A stretch of DNA of 64,000 nt from positions 17,598,213 through 17,662,212 of the forward strand of contig OZ234493.1 of the NCBI GenBank assembly GCA_965153455.1, written 5' to 3'. Position numbers and translations under genes: made by a program. This document shows positions 1 to 13,597 of the stretch, piece after piece (position 1 is the first letter of the stretch; the number at the start of each line of letters is the position of its first letter). The stretch comes from Sphagnum compactum (taxonomy: Eukaryota). The notes under the pieces were generated by a model that ran no database searches, was not told the DNA's origin, and saw only the letters and a list, made by a program, of their open reading frames with translations.

Positions 1-2034
1 TACTACTATACAGCTTTCTTTCTCAGTCTCAAAACAGACCAAGAATGCCTCCATGTATTCTGGAGGGCCACTTTCTCTCATCTGTGCAGTGTGGACCAAG
101 AAGAAGGGATCATGAGTTTGGACCAAAAGGATTCAAATTGCAGTTTACCTGGTCTTGGCATCTAATGTAAATGCTATGCCCAACACCAGGTACTATCATA
201 TGTGATCACCATGAAGCATAAGTAGCACTCCACAAACTGGCAAGTGACCAGTATACACGTTCTACCATAGTTACTGCTGCTGGTCTTGCCAATTTGGTGG
301 CTTCATATTAGAAAGGTGGCCAGCCATAGCAGGTTTTCTACTGCAGCTATCCAGGGCAGAGCACAACAGCTCTCAATTCTCATTTGCCAATTGTTGTCTT
401 TTGATGACTTCACAGAGAAACAGTGTGGGGTAGATAAAAAAAACAGTCTGCTACTTTTCGTGTTGGTTGTCACTAATGAAATTCACAAACGGTGAAGTTT
501 GTTTGTTTGTGTTTCTTTTGGTGGAGGTGGAAAGTGGCATATGGAACATGGAAACAGAATGCAAGGGTCCTTGTGTATGTGATTGAAGCAACTGCATCAC
601 AATGCTTATAAACTGCACCTAGGAATATGCATTCCAGGACACTGGGTTTTCTATGTTGATGGATATTTTGCAATCACTGCTGGTAACTGTCTTGTGCTCC
701 TCCTTTTGTCACCTACTTTCACCCATCCAAGGTCACCACAATTCCCATGCAGGGGAGATTCAATGTCGTCTTGTAGCATGCCAAGATTGGCATGCTTTTT
801 TTTTGCACAAAACCAACCGTCCATAACCAGACAGCCAAAAATGGTGTTCATCCATAAGAATTCAGGCATGCTTCTCTATTTGTTTCTACCTAATGAAGAA
901 ATGTGGTGATTTCTATCAAAATTTTATTGATAATCTGGCAATATAGAAGCCCACCAAATCAGAGATTTTAGCACTTTGTATTTCTTTTTCGAATTCACCA
1001 CATCATGTATTTTGCACTAATAAAACTGTCCATTCCTAGTATTTCTGTAAGGGTGGATATAACTACAGAAGCTAAAACAAATTAGAACAACTCAACTACT
1101 CAGGAATCAAAATTTTACAAACAAGATTTGAACTAAACAAAATAATCAAGGAATTTATTTATTTTGAAACCTGTTATGGGTCAAGGATGAATGTCAGAAA
1201 AAAACATTAAAGTTTAATTTTTGGATTACCGGGATTGTTATTTGTACTATTTCCATTGTAATGTTTTGGATCTTTTCCTGTTCAAAATTGCATACATATG
1301 CAAGGCTTGAGTTTTCAAGTTACACCACATCAGGTCAGTTTGGCATTTATGCATCGAATTGAACACCCAAATGCATGTGCAATTCTTCAACACAAAAACA
1401 ATTTTCCCAACAACACTGTATTGGCATGCAAAAGTTAAGATTGGGGGCACCTACCAGGAATCAAAGGACAGAGACAATCTCAATGTTGTCTTTGATCTGT
1501 TTGGAGGAGAAAATGAACATGCATATTCAATTTACCCACACACACCTCCACTTCTCTTCCGCACACAATGGTGATGTTGAGACATCACTTTTTTCACATT
1601 CAAACAACAATAGTAGGGTCTCTGGTACAGACTGTGACAATGCCACAGATATTCAAGGTTTCACTTCAATATGGATATAACTAGGTCTTCTAGAATTGGT
1701 AATTCTCGTTGCTATAGACGTAGTCTTCCATACTTATGAAGCTGCAGAGGACAGTTTCACATTTAACAAATTGAAGGTAAAATGTTGTCATTTCCCGAAT
1801 GACATAGTATAAACCAGTGCACTCGTCGTTGCAAATTAGACTTTAAAGTCATTATCTGCTACAGCTTTACGGTTTAAACAATTGAGGCAGAAAATGGTGT
1901 TATCTGTCAATTGCATATGTACAAACAATCTGCTTTTTGCCTACTGAATGCTAATGAGGAAAACTCAAGCAAACTACATCAATCCATATGTACACAAGCA
2001 GGCATGTTTTCTTTGTCAAAGGTTTACCCTTTCA

Positions 2035-5000
2035 TCAGTTTGCAAAAAGCTGTCCAAGTGCATTGTAAAGGGGAGTGGCAGCTCTAGGTGGTGGGACTTC
2101 TCCCATCAAAATATCAATGGCAGTAATACTCGAATTGCCATAAAACCGTCCATTGGTTGAAGAACGAGTGGCCACCACATTGCCTTCCAAAGAGCATCCA
2201 ACAAATGCGCCTACACAAGTCAAGAAAATGTGTCAGAGAATCAAGCATTTTGAAAACTGCCATGAAAGCCTTTGGAGTCCCTAACATATTTTTTGTATAG
2301 TCCCTGCCTCCTGAGAAACAAATTTCATTGCAGGGCCACAAATCCTGGGATCAACATTTCAGGAGATACAAGCTGTTACAGAAATCAACTATGCCTTCAC
2401 TACACAGATTATGATTTTCTCAAAAAAAACGTAACTTTATAAACAAAACAAAGAGGTAAAAATCAAGAGACCAAGGCTCATTCTACAACATTATTGTGAT
2501 GAGAAACCTCAAGCTGACCCTTCAGTTTAGCTTGCCTGGTGGACGTAAAAGGAATGTTTGGGCAAGAGAACCCAAAAAGCACATAATGTATCAATGAACT
2601 TTCAAGCTGTCAGAAACTGTTTTGGAAGATAGGAAAAACTTCATGTGGGAATAAAATGTACTGAATATATGTGATCAAAAAAACTGTTCACTGACTCACT
2701 GACTCCAGCTACATGACAATACAAATGTGGTGGGATTCAGTAGCTGTCAGGGTGCTGAGTTAGAGTCTAGATTTTTCTTTCCAAATGAACATTCCTGTGT
2801 GAGTCATTTCAAAACACTTGCCTGAGAGTCACCAGGATGAATGACAACAGCATTGAGCCCATTATCTATCATATTTAGAAAAGTACAATTGACATTTTAT
2901 GGTCCATATCAAATCTCACCTTTGCTGCGGCTATAGGTATAGCAAGCGGTAGTCCCTCCATCACCTGCCCGCAAATCAGCTTCAGCAACTCTGCCTATTG
3001 GACCTGCTGCAATGCTAAGGCCAGCACCCATAGCCAAATGGACCTTCCCACTGAATGCTTTCACAGCCTCCACATTCCGCAACACTATGATGAAATCTGT
3101 CAACTCCCCACCTGCCTGCAAGATCCAGAAGGGTGTACATATCCATCACCACACAGCCCTCCATGGTCACCATACCAAGTCTCGTACAAAATAATTATAT
3201 CATCAGAGAAATGTCTCCACGAAAACACTATGTACATAACTGTTATGTCAGTTCCAGTCAAAAACAAACACAACAAAAATGTGTACAGTTATAGCATTGT
3301 GACTGTCACTCACAAAGTATTAGACCCTCACCTTCATTGTGGATGGCAGTGACTAGCTGCCATTACTCCATTGACCTCAACAGCTCCTGACAATGGTTGT
3401 AGATCAGTATATAATAGTCTGCTAAAAATTTGGGTAAACAATTCTAAAAAACTCTGCTCCTAAATTTCAGTTGCATTTCCAAAGGAATGGGAAGCTATGC
3501 TACCCAACATCATAACATAGCATCCAGTGTATTATCGTAGATGTATTGCATGACCTCAAACATCCATTACATCTGTAACCACTAGACTCTGAATGGTACA
3601 CCAATTGTGAAAGAGAGGGTCACGGAGATCATGTGTGCTTGAATAAACTTTTTCACCTCTTCAACAAAAGTACAAGAATCTCATAATTTTGTACGACCCA
3701 CTGTCACAAGATAGTATAGCAAGTCCTACGGACCCTGTGATAAAGAGGTGTTATCTATTGTCTTTCCCACACTGGAGATGGTTTGTACCCCTTCTATGCC
3801 AGAAATGACATAAGATGGACATCTCTAGCACATTACTAGTCGAAGACAAAGGAACAAGAGTGCAACTTGGCTATGGTCATTTCTTTATTCAGGTCCAATA
3901 TGTCTTTCACTGGACATAAGTGATGTGTCCACGAGTCCATAACAGACATGTCTTACGCTACGCCCACAGCTGATTTAACCATACCAGCATGCTTTTGAAA
4001 TTGTCATGGAGGACTATTATACAACCCTACTCAAGAAAAACAACTGCATGATAACAGACTGCCACATTGCAAGGAAATGTGAGAACTACAAACCTGAGCG
4101 CCCCAACCAAGACCACAGGAGGCAATAGCAGATGGTGCAGACCACGTGCCATCACTTTTGCGCGCCACCACTAGGCCTGTTCCCATCTTATAGGTGACCA
4201 TGAGCCCCACCTTCAAGACAGTTAAAATTGCCAGCCCTTTTGCTCCATCCAACACAGCATCAGGAATAGACTTATCAGGACCTTCTCCAACCTGCAAAGC
4301 AACATCATTGTCCAGCAAATACATGCATGTCAAATCCTAGAGAATTTCTTTGTCTTTGACCTTTGCTGTGAATTTGGATCTGTGTTACTGCCACTGGTTC
4401 ACTACCACAAAGAAGGAAATTAAGTAGGCATGTCTGCAGAGACCTGCTGTAATTAAGTCCTTGTAATGCCCTAACAAGCTTCTTCAAACACCATAGGTGT
4501 GAGTGTGAGTGGTTTCACAACCACAAACCTACCATATAGTAGCTGCGGAGGCTATTAGTTGCCTTGTAAATTTCATGCTCCATGGTAAGGCCAAGAGGAC
4601 TATTAATCCAAGCCCGCATACAACTCATATCAGTAACGTCATAAACCGCTGATTGGGCAGCATTGCTCACTCGGTCAACCAAAAACTGTTGAATGGGCTC
4701 TAACCTTTCCCAGCAAACATCACAAACTCTTTGTGGGTCTCGCTCCTGAAATTTCACAGGTAACAAACTCCGTCCAGAGGAGCACCTCCGACAGAAGATG
4801 CCTCCACAAAACCGACAATGATGCCGGCCACATGACAATGCCCGGAAATTTGTTGAACACTGCATGCAAGCTGATGCAGCACTGTCAGGTACCCACTCTG
4901 GAGGTTCTGCATCAAAAACTTCCCGTCGAGCATGAACATCAAGATCAGAACCTGTAATAAAAGGTGGTGCACTTGGAGTGTGACAATGGGCCAATGGATA

Positions 5001-5762
5001 CTCTGGTGTAACCTACACAAATCAACAGAAGTTCATGTGAGTTACATGAGAATGTGCACAGACATGACATGTGCTAAACAGCTGAACATATTGAAGATGT
5101 CTTGGAGATTTGAACAGTCTTTTCAAAGATTCAACTCCAAGCCAACATGCCTGAAATCCAATAGTGTCTGAATGGATGATAGGATGCAGTCCAAGCTTAG
5201 GCACTCAAAGATGCAGCTTTTGGAAGCAGAAAAACATCAGGTGAAAGCATGATACCAGTCCACTCCTTGAAGAGTATCGGTGTGAAAGCTCTGGCCATGT
5301 TTGTGTGGACATATCTTCATTACTCATCTGTGGCGCATTCCTCCCAGCAATAATTTGTATAAAGCCATTCAATACATTCCACAGGTTCACTTCTGGAAGT
5401 GAATCCCGTGCTTCGTCATACTCAGCCCGATCTGTAAACCACCCACCATCTTCTGCAAATGCATTGCGCCCTTGTGAAACTGAACCTACTCCTGCAAGCC
5501 TGTTGGGTGGTACTGAGACTGGAATCCATGCCCCTGTTTCTTCAGGGAGAGGGAAGTCATAGATTAGTCGCCGGTTTTGAGACCTTGCTCTTGGGTCTCT
5601 TATTGCGAAAGTTGGTGAATTGAACTCCAAAGAAGCCGATTGTTGCTCAGAATCTCCTTTGGATCTGACAGCTTCACCAGTCCAACTCCTTGAAGACCAA
5701 TCATATTCAATCCCCACAACTGGAGTTCTTGAACCATAGACTATTGACTCACCTTCCTCCAT
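2035..5762 (-). CDS. CFS1: FYVE + SYLF (Ysc84/DUF500) domain protein, CFS1/FYVE2-like autophagy/endosomal adaptor, ~518 aa, 5 coding exons
   Basis: Exons 5256-5762, 4533-5012, 4094-4291, 2920-3115 and 2035-2210 join in frame at GT-AG junctions (1557 nt). FYVE motifs W-VPD..C..C, RHHCRFCGGIFC and RVCDVC; SYLF motifs GTGLVVAR..WSAPSAI, GAQAGGELTDF and SKGAFVGCSLEG; PSAPP motif in exon 2. Confidence 0.9.
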
Positions 5763-5787
5763 GTTTCAGCTGTCAACAAGAATCTAC

Positions 5788-6615
5788 CTGAAACAATAAA
5801 GCAAGCAGCAGCTTGTTAACACAGTTTGTGCCCAGTGTGATTTTGTTGTTGTGTACGATCCAAGGCTCCCACGGACATATTTTGCTCATATGATTCAACA
5901 CTCATTGATGATGATGATAAGCAGCTCTGCAATTCTACTCGCATAACCATGCCTGTCTGTTAATGAAATATTTCACCTGTCACAAATAGATCTGGAGTTT
6001 CAGACTCAAATGTACAGAACCCTAGAGTGACAGGTACCACTTACTAGGACCATTTCATACTTGTAGCAGAAGTCTCTCGACATAAGGGTTACAACTTAGA
6101 AGGTCTCACTCTCTTGTCATGATGATGTGGCTACATGCGCTGCTTAACCCTAAGGTCTGAGGGCTTGCAAAATGAGTACATACTCCACAACAACAACAAC
6201 AAACTTTTCCATCGTTCTTCAAGGTAAGGAAGTTGTTAGAAGAATTGCTGCTTTTTGACCTACAAAAACTCGAAACTTACAGAATATAATCAAGCATAAC
6301 GCTACTATGGCTCATGAAAGCGACTCCGCTCTCTCATTCCCCAAACCCTAATAATAGCAGCTCGCCATTTCTTACCACTTTTTGACCTCTCCATGCCAAA
6401 AAAATTCTACCGTTGCACACAATGAAACCCTGGTGGAGCAAATCAATTCATCAAACTGTTTTTTTTTTAATGGAAAAACAAAGCTCGGAGAGCTCTTGAC
6501 CACAACCCCCGCAAAGGAACACAAAACAGAACATGAATCTCCATCCTAAAGAACTCTCAAACTTTCAAGAAACGGCGTACGAAGACCATTAAGAAGAAGG
6601 AAAGAAGAAAAAAAC
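5788..6615 (-). other. Probable 5' UTR intron of the FYVE/SYLF gene, with a CT-rich non-coding first exon at about 6616-6900
   Basis: Minus-strand acceptor tttattgtttcag ends 25 nt upstream of the ATG; donor CAAG|GTTTTT at 6615; the upstream region is CpG-rich and CT-rich on the minus strand. Confidence 0.6.
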
Positions 6616-6984
6616 CTTGGTGGCGTATGAGATAGAAAAAAAAGTCGCAGAAAAATTAGGTGATTCTCTCGAATTTGCCCACTCGACAATAGCAATCAAG
6701 CGTGGTGGACTCTCCGGAAACTTGCGAAATCTCCTGGTTGGCGAGCGAGCGAGAGAGAACCCAAAGTTCCGTCCCTCTTGCGGGGTAGAGAGAGAGCAGG
6801 CCAGCGAAGGAAAAAGAGGAACAACAAGGGAAAGATAGAAAGCAAACACGCGAGAGAGAGAAAGGGAATTCGTCTTCAGAAGGACGTCGATCGCACACGG
6901 GAGGAGAAGCAATGGAGTGCTGGAGAAGAGACGAAAAGACGAACAGAACCGCCGGCAGGTATCACGCCGTGACAACCCCAGCGT

Positions 6985-7122
6985 CTGGCGGTTCCTTGGA
7001 TTTTTAAAGGATCGCCGGTTCCGGTTCTTTTAATTTTAAAGAATCGCCCGTTCCGGTTCTTTCGAACCCCTTAAAGAACCGACGGTTTCGTGAAAGAACC
7101 GACGGTTTTCTTGAAAGAACCA
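6985..7122. repeat. Inverted/direct AAAGAACC(G)/(C)GGTTCTTT motif cluster, probable end of a DNA-transposon-derived repeat
   Basis: Repeated ccggttc(tt) and aaagaaccgacggttt motifs in both orientations; related, more decayed motifs at ~14000-14310. Confidence 0.5.
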
Positions 7123-7223
7123 AATCAAATAACTTATCAAGATCACCTCCAAGTCACCTCTCTCTTGAGCTATTTCTGCCTTTTTCATTTGATTTCATCA
7201 AAGACACACCAAACTCTTATCAC

Positions 7224-7977
7224 ACGAGTGAGGGCAACCCGTGGCTACGCCACTCCAGCCACCCGTGGCACCTCGCCGGGGCCCCCGCAGCGGCTGCCCT
7301 GGCCTCTCCTACCTACCTTCCTACCTACCTACCTACCTACCTACCTTGACTTCTCACCCTGCTTTTCTACCTGCCTATCTGGCTCTCCTTCCTTCCTACC
7401 TATCTACCTACCTTGTGTTCTTACCCACAATTTCCACCTACCTGGCTGGCTCTCCTTTCTTCTTAGCTACCTACCTTGTCTCCCTACCCACCTTTTTTAC
7501 CTACCTGGCTGCCTCTCCTTCCTACCTACCTATCTTGTCTTCTTACTCACTTTTTCTACCTACCTGGCTACCTCTCCTTCCTACCTCTTTTTCACACCTA
7601 CCTACCTGCCTACCTACCTACCTCCCTTCTTTTCCTACCAACTGTCTGTACCAACCAAAAATTTAAGGCAGTTAAGTAGGTAGGTTTAACTTTTAATATA
7701 TTAGACTGCCCTGCCCGCATTTTTTTGTCTAGACGGACAGACAGACACCTTATGGGAACAAACTGGAAACATGGTGCCAACATCCCAATCCCAAAAAAAA
7801 AAAAAAAAATCTCACACCCCCCGCCCCGCCCTCCCGCCCTCCAACAACAAAATGGGCAAAAACTGGGCTCTCTCGGGTGCGCATGTTGTTAATAACTTTT
7901 ATTATGTCTGCCCTGCCCGCAATATTTTGGACAGACAGACAGACAGACAGACACCATGTTAGCTTTAATATATAAGA
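7224..7977 (-). mobile_element. Non-autonomous Helitron-like element(s) with (TAGG)n and (CTGT)n microsatellites and two nested 5' ends
   Basis: Minus-strand starts TCTTATATATTAAAG (~7977) and TCTAATATATTAAAAG (~7705); GC-rich 3' region ending ..CCACGGGTTGCCCTCACTCGT at ~7224; (ctac)n tract 7308-7621; (gaca)n at 7735 and 7930-7950. Confidence 0.5.
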
Positions 7978-8445
7978 TTGCACTCTTCGAACCAGATTCC
8001 TGACTCCACAGAAACACATGACGAAACACCATGACACTCATACAAATTTCCAACCAAAAACCCATAACCCTTGTACACAATCACAACAAAAATGCTCTCA
8101 CCCACCCATCACACATTAGACTCCATGGCAACAGAAGCTAGGGCACAATTCAACATCATGCGATGACCCTCAAATCATGCAATTGTGGAAACATTGCTAA
8201 AGAACCCCCAGAGTTCTCGCCAATGCACGTCTCGTTCCCAAAACATACTCACTTCCACTCATCTCTCTTAAACAAACCCATTGACATTGACAAGTGGAAT
8301 TAACGCAGGCAAGCTCTTCACCCCTTATGGCTTTTCATCACATGCCAATGCCTCTAAAGAATCTAACATTACTCCTAGTCAACAGTTCTAAATCCTCCAC
8401 GTAGCATAAAGAAAACAAAGAATCCAAAATCACAGACTATCCATT

Positions 8446-8633
8446 TGTAAAATGTTTTATTCAAAGTAAAGAGTTGTACACACAAAAACTCACTGTTGGG
8501 AACAAAACAATTCATGGGAGAGATAACCCATGCAAATTATATATAAAACTATTGCACTAAGAATAAAAGTACACACTAAAACTTGATAAAATTAATCTAA
8601 CTAATGATGAGGTCTTGACCAAATCATCCTACA
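8446..8633 (-). repeat. 3' LTR of the Copia element
   Basis: tgtaaaatg...catcctaca; direct repeat of 13408-13597; adjacent to the PPT. Confidence 0.92.
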
Positions 8634-11600
8634 CCCCCTCTTGCTCATGGCAGCATTAAACTCTATTTTATAACGACAAATATTGTGTTGGATAGAAAAG
8701 CACAAAAAAAATTAATTTATTATTATTATTATTATTATTATTTATAAAGGAAATTAAAATTCACCTCATCCCCTCTAAATCCAAGAATAGGACTACATAA
8801 TTTTCATACAATTCGGCATATGCAGTTTGTCTCATCTAGTCTCAAATTTGGTCCGTCCCACTACCTTCATGAGTAGATCCACTAGTTGGTCAATAGTAAG
8901 AATGTAATCAACATCCTCGTTCAACTTGTTGGCATGCAAAATGCCAATCTTTCTCAAAGTGTTTAAATTTGTCGTGGAAAACAAGATTCTTAGTAAATTT
9001 TATTGCACTTTGATTATCACACTTGAGAATGGTTAGGCCAACAAATCCAAAGCCAATATCATCAAGTAGCCCATGAAGCCATAGTCCTTCACAAGCACAA
9101 TTAGACAAGGTTCAGTACTCGACTTCACAACTAGATTTAGCAATCATAGTCTGCTTTTGGGTCTTCCATGAAATGGGAGAGAATCCAAGCATGAAGATGT
9201 AAGTGCTTTTGGAACATTGATCATCCACATTTTGAACAAAATCAACATCAATGTAACTGCGCAATGTGTTCTCTTCCCCTTCTATGTAATAGATTCCACA
9301 TGAAGGGTAACAACAGAAATAACGAAAGATAAAAAACATTGTTTGAAGATGGGCAACTTCAAGTGCTTGCATGTATCGACTAATGACATTGACAACATAG
9401 GCAATGTTGAAATGCATGTGAAAAAAATATAAAAGCTTACCCACAAGTTGTCAATATGGAGTGGGATCAACAAGAGCAGTGTCCATGACACGTTTGAAAA
9501 TAACTCCTTCATGGATAGGCACATAAGTTGGGCGACAATCCAACATTTGGGCTTTGCAAAGAATGGTGAGACAAAAGTTTGTTTGATGCAAAAGAAAGTT
9601 GTGATGTGTTCATTAAAATTAAACACCAAGATAACGTTGAATGTTCGACCAAGTTTCGTCATGGCAAATTCAGTCCTTAGAGCAGAAACGATGGTTTGGA
9701 GCAAGGCATGATTGCTACCAATGATGAGTAAATCATCAACATAGAGAATCAACAAGACTATAGAGGAAGTAGTAGCAAGAATGTAGAGGTTGCATTAGCA
9801 TCACTTTTGCAAAGGCCAATGTGGCAAAAATATTGGTCAATGTGAGTATACCAAGAGTATACCAAGCTCGAGGGCTTTGACATAGCCATAAAGATCGCAT
9901 CAAAGGTGACAAAGCTTTTGCTCTTGTCTAGGCATGATAAATCCTTCTTCATTGAAAAAATCATTCAGAAAGGTTATTTGGACATCAAGATGTTCAATGC
10001 ACCATCCATTGTGTGTGGCAATGGCAACTATTGTACGAATAGTTTCCCATTTGACAACTGGAATGAAGGTTTTTGTGTAATCCAAACTAAGACGTTGTTC
10101 AAAGTTGTGTGTAACTAATCAAACCTTGTATCGGACCCCATCACCAATGACATTTGGTTTTTTCTTGTACACCCAATGAGTTGTGATGGCATGTTTGCCG
10201 AGAAAAAGGTCCTCCAATGTCCATGTTTGAATTGCTAAAATGGAATGGTATTTGTCTTGCATCATAGCTTGTTCGTTATAGGATTTAAAAAAACATTTTG
10301 ATACTAAAGATCTTCGCCATCATCTTCAATAGCACCAATGAACATTTCGGTTGTTGTTTTGAATTCACAAAAAACAACGAAATCTTTGAGCCACTGATTA
10401 AGGTGGCGTTGACGTGAGCATCGTCATAATGACATTGTGTTAATTGGTGTAGAAAATAATATCACTGAAGTTGGTGTTGTTGATTCGGTCGACATCAATG
10501 TGGTACAAGCACCATGGACATTGACAGTGCTAGCACTATTGTTGCCATTGGTTTGGTGAGCACCCTTGATTCCGTTAAAGGATATAGTTGCAAATGTTGG
10601 TGAGAAGTGATGAAGGATGGAAATGTCAAAGCCGGAATAATTGGCGATGATGAATTTGGCAACGGTGACACTAGATCAACACCTCCAGCTGTAACAACCC
10701 ACAGATAATTGAAATCTAGTGTTGAAATTGGTGCAAACACGACACGCAAAGGTGGGTCATTAATGTTATCAAAAACAACAACAATATCATTGTTTTAGAC
10801 GATTGGATTAAAAGTCTCCATAATCTTGACATCTCGAGAAATAATGACCTTGCGAATGGATGGCTAATAGCAACAATAACCTTTGACCTCGTCATCACAT
10901 GATTAGCCAAAAAAAACTCCTTAGGTGTCTTGTCATGGTGAAATTTTGTTGATCTCAAATTTAGCACACAACATGTAGCTTGAATAACTTCTCCCCATAA
11001 GAATTGAAGCAATCCTTTATCAAAGATAAAACATTAAGTGATGTCAAGCAAAGAGCGATTACACCTCTCAGTCACATCATTATGTTGAGGGGTGTATGGT
11101 GTAGTAAATTGTCTTTTGATGCCAACATTAGCACAATAGGTCAAAAAATGGTGTGAAATGTATTCACCATAATTATTTGTCCAAAGTGCAAACTTATTCG
11201 TTGGGAAATACATGTTTCAGCCTCTTGTTAAAAAAGATGAAACTTGTTGAGGACTTCATCTTTGTGAGCCATGAAATACACCCAAGTTTTCCTAGAGTAA
11301 TCGTCGATGACTTGCTCACAAAGTAGCATGTTCTTACCAAACATGGCATTCAAAATGGCCCACACACATCTAAATGGATTAACTACAAATTCTCAATGGC
11401 CCTATTCTTAGTAGCCTTTGAAAATTTAGTGCAAGATTACTTCCCATGCAAATAACATGCACAAGGCCTATTAAAGAGTTTCATAAGGGGTAGTCCAATC
11501 AATGTTCTAGATTAGATCATTTGGTGAAGCCTATCCTTGTGAAAATGGCCAAATCATTTATGCTAGATCTCCCCTTTGGTGAAACCAAAAGGAATAATTA

Positions 11601-13407
11601 AATTGACCTCCCCTAAAGGATTGACCATTGTTTGTCCTTAAAGTTGGTAATAAACCTTTTCCATTTCTCTCTCAACAAAAGCAACAAGTTATCTAGTATA
11701 ATGGTTTCATAGAAAATAGCCTTCCAACATAAATTCAACACTATGATTTTTAATAGTGATGAACCCAATAGAGAGCAAATTCTTTTAGATTGTAGGAGAG
11801 TATAAAACGTGAGGTATACTCTTAACAACACCGTTAGAAAATTGGATATTAACATTGTGAATGCATGCAATGTCATGTCCTTGGCCACTAATTGAACAAA
11901 GGTCGTTGTCGTTCACGTGCTGCATGCTAAAGAAGATTGCAAGATTATCGTTTATAAGGCGAGTGGTTCCAAAATCCAAGTACCATGATGATAATAAAGG
12001 TGGTGGAGACTCAACTTGATTGAGATCAACTGAACAAATAGCCAAAGCATTAGTAATTGTCAAATTGAAATATTTTTGTTCATTAATAGTACCAAGCTTT
12101 TAGTTAGACTAAAGTTCAATTGTGTAGGCTTCAATGTTGTTACCCAAATCGACAAAATCTTCAACCTCCTCTTCAACATTAAGTTTTTCCTCGGAACAAG
12201 AATTTCGTCTACTGCATTAACTTGTCCATGCAATCAATTCCTCTTTTTTTTAAGCTTAAACTCCAAGTCCTTCATTTGGTTAATCATCGCTTGAATTTCA
12301 CATTCACGTTTCAGATGACCCTTTTTACCACAACAATTACAGATGATTGACCTTGGTTGGTTGGTCCCCCGTGGTCTATAACATGGTTGATAATTGTTTG
12401 TTGAATTATGACTAAGTTAGTTTGTGGTTGAAAAAGAGTTGGTGTTTCAACAATTGTTGGAATTCCTTCCTTGTGGCATCGAATGATGATAGTTGTTGTT
12501 CAATCCTCTAAAAACAACATTTGGGTTTTGTCGAATTTGAAGTCAATGATTCCTTGAATCGCCAAATGTATTCTTGTGACCTTCCACCGCAAGTGCCTTT
12601 CCATTGTTTTCTCCAACAAGCTTTAAAACAATCTATTTGTTCAGTAATTTAGCTTCGAAAGCCTCGTAAATTAGAAGTTTATCATTCTTAGTTTACATAT
12701 CTTTGAACATGTCACACTCCTTGGGCAAATTTCAGAGCGTATAATGGAGAATAATATCCTTAGGTAGTGACACTCCAATTTCTTCAAGTTGATTTGCCAC
12801 ATTTTATATTTATGTTAAATGAACATCCATAGTAATATTGTCAATCTTTTTTCAATTGAGAAATTTATCAATTAACATGACTTTTCTATGCACCACATTA
12901 GACTCACAATGATCTTAAGAGCCTTCTAGTAAACAAACGAATCAAAGCATCATTTGAACAAGTTCATAACAAAAAAATTTGCATTATTATTAAATGCACT
13001 CATCGTTTTTTACCATCCAATGATCTCCTGGTCATTAATCGAATTAGCAAATTTGGTCACATAGTAGGAGAACAAGTTGTCTTGTTGAAGTGCATGTTTC
13101 ATTCTATATGCCCATATGCCATAATTAGATGCCCTTTCCAATTAATAAGCCTCTAGAATTTTTTGGTTCACCACCCATCATAACCATTGTGTGTTGTAGC
13201 GGTTTTTGTTTACTACTAGATCTTATTGGTGTCTCTTGTATGGTCTACTTTCTAGACATTTTAATTAATCTCTCGCAAATAATATAGAATTTCAAGACAA
13301 ACATTGTTATGGGAAGTCACCCACTCACAAGCTACACTCCTTAGCTGGTCACACTAATTTGAGGAAAATATAAGCTCACAATCCTAAATCAAACGACTCT
13401 AATACCA

Positions 13408-13597
13408 TGTAAAATGGTTTATTCAAAGTAAAAAATTGTACACACAGAAATTCACTATTGGGGACGAAACAATTCATGGGAGAGATAACCCATGCAGTTT
13501 TATATACTTAAACTACAACACTAAGAATATAAATAATAACTAAAACTTGATAAAATTAATATAATTAATGATGAGGTCTTGAGCAAATCATCGAACA
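13408..13597 (-). repeat. 5' LTR of the Copia element
   Basis: tgtaaaatg...catcgaaca; adjacent to the PBS at 13395-13407. Confidence 0.92.

Larger units (their letters stand above)
8446..13597 (-). mobile_element. Full-length degenerate Ty1/Copia LTR retrotransposon (5.15 kb)
   Basis: LTRs 8446-8633 and 13408-13597 (TG...CA); 5-bp TSD ccatt/ccatc; PBS TGGTATTAGAGTC (tRNA-iMet-like) next to the 5' LTR; PPT GAGCAAGAGGGGG next to the 3' LTR. Fragments occur in Copia order: gag Zn knuckle (~12300-12345), protease WYLDFG, integrase, RT (DYTKTF, YVDDLLI), RNase H (CDNQSAI). Many stops and frameshifts. Confidence 0.95.

Noticed and set aside
1-1950. Short ORFs downstream of the FYVE/SYLF gene
   Set aside because: No domain-like content or consistent exon structure.
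6118-6210. ATGATGA...CTGA (C/D snoRNA-like) followed by a (CAA)n tract
   Set aside because: The boxes are only ~40 nt apart and antisense to the host intron, with no recognisable rRNA guide; the (CAA)n tract is too short to call a retroelement tail.
7090-7683. ORFs of 67-197 aa rich in LPTY
   Set aside because: They are translations of a (CTAC)n microsatellite, not genes.
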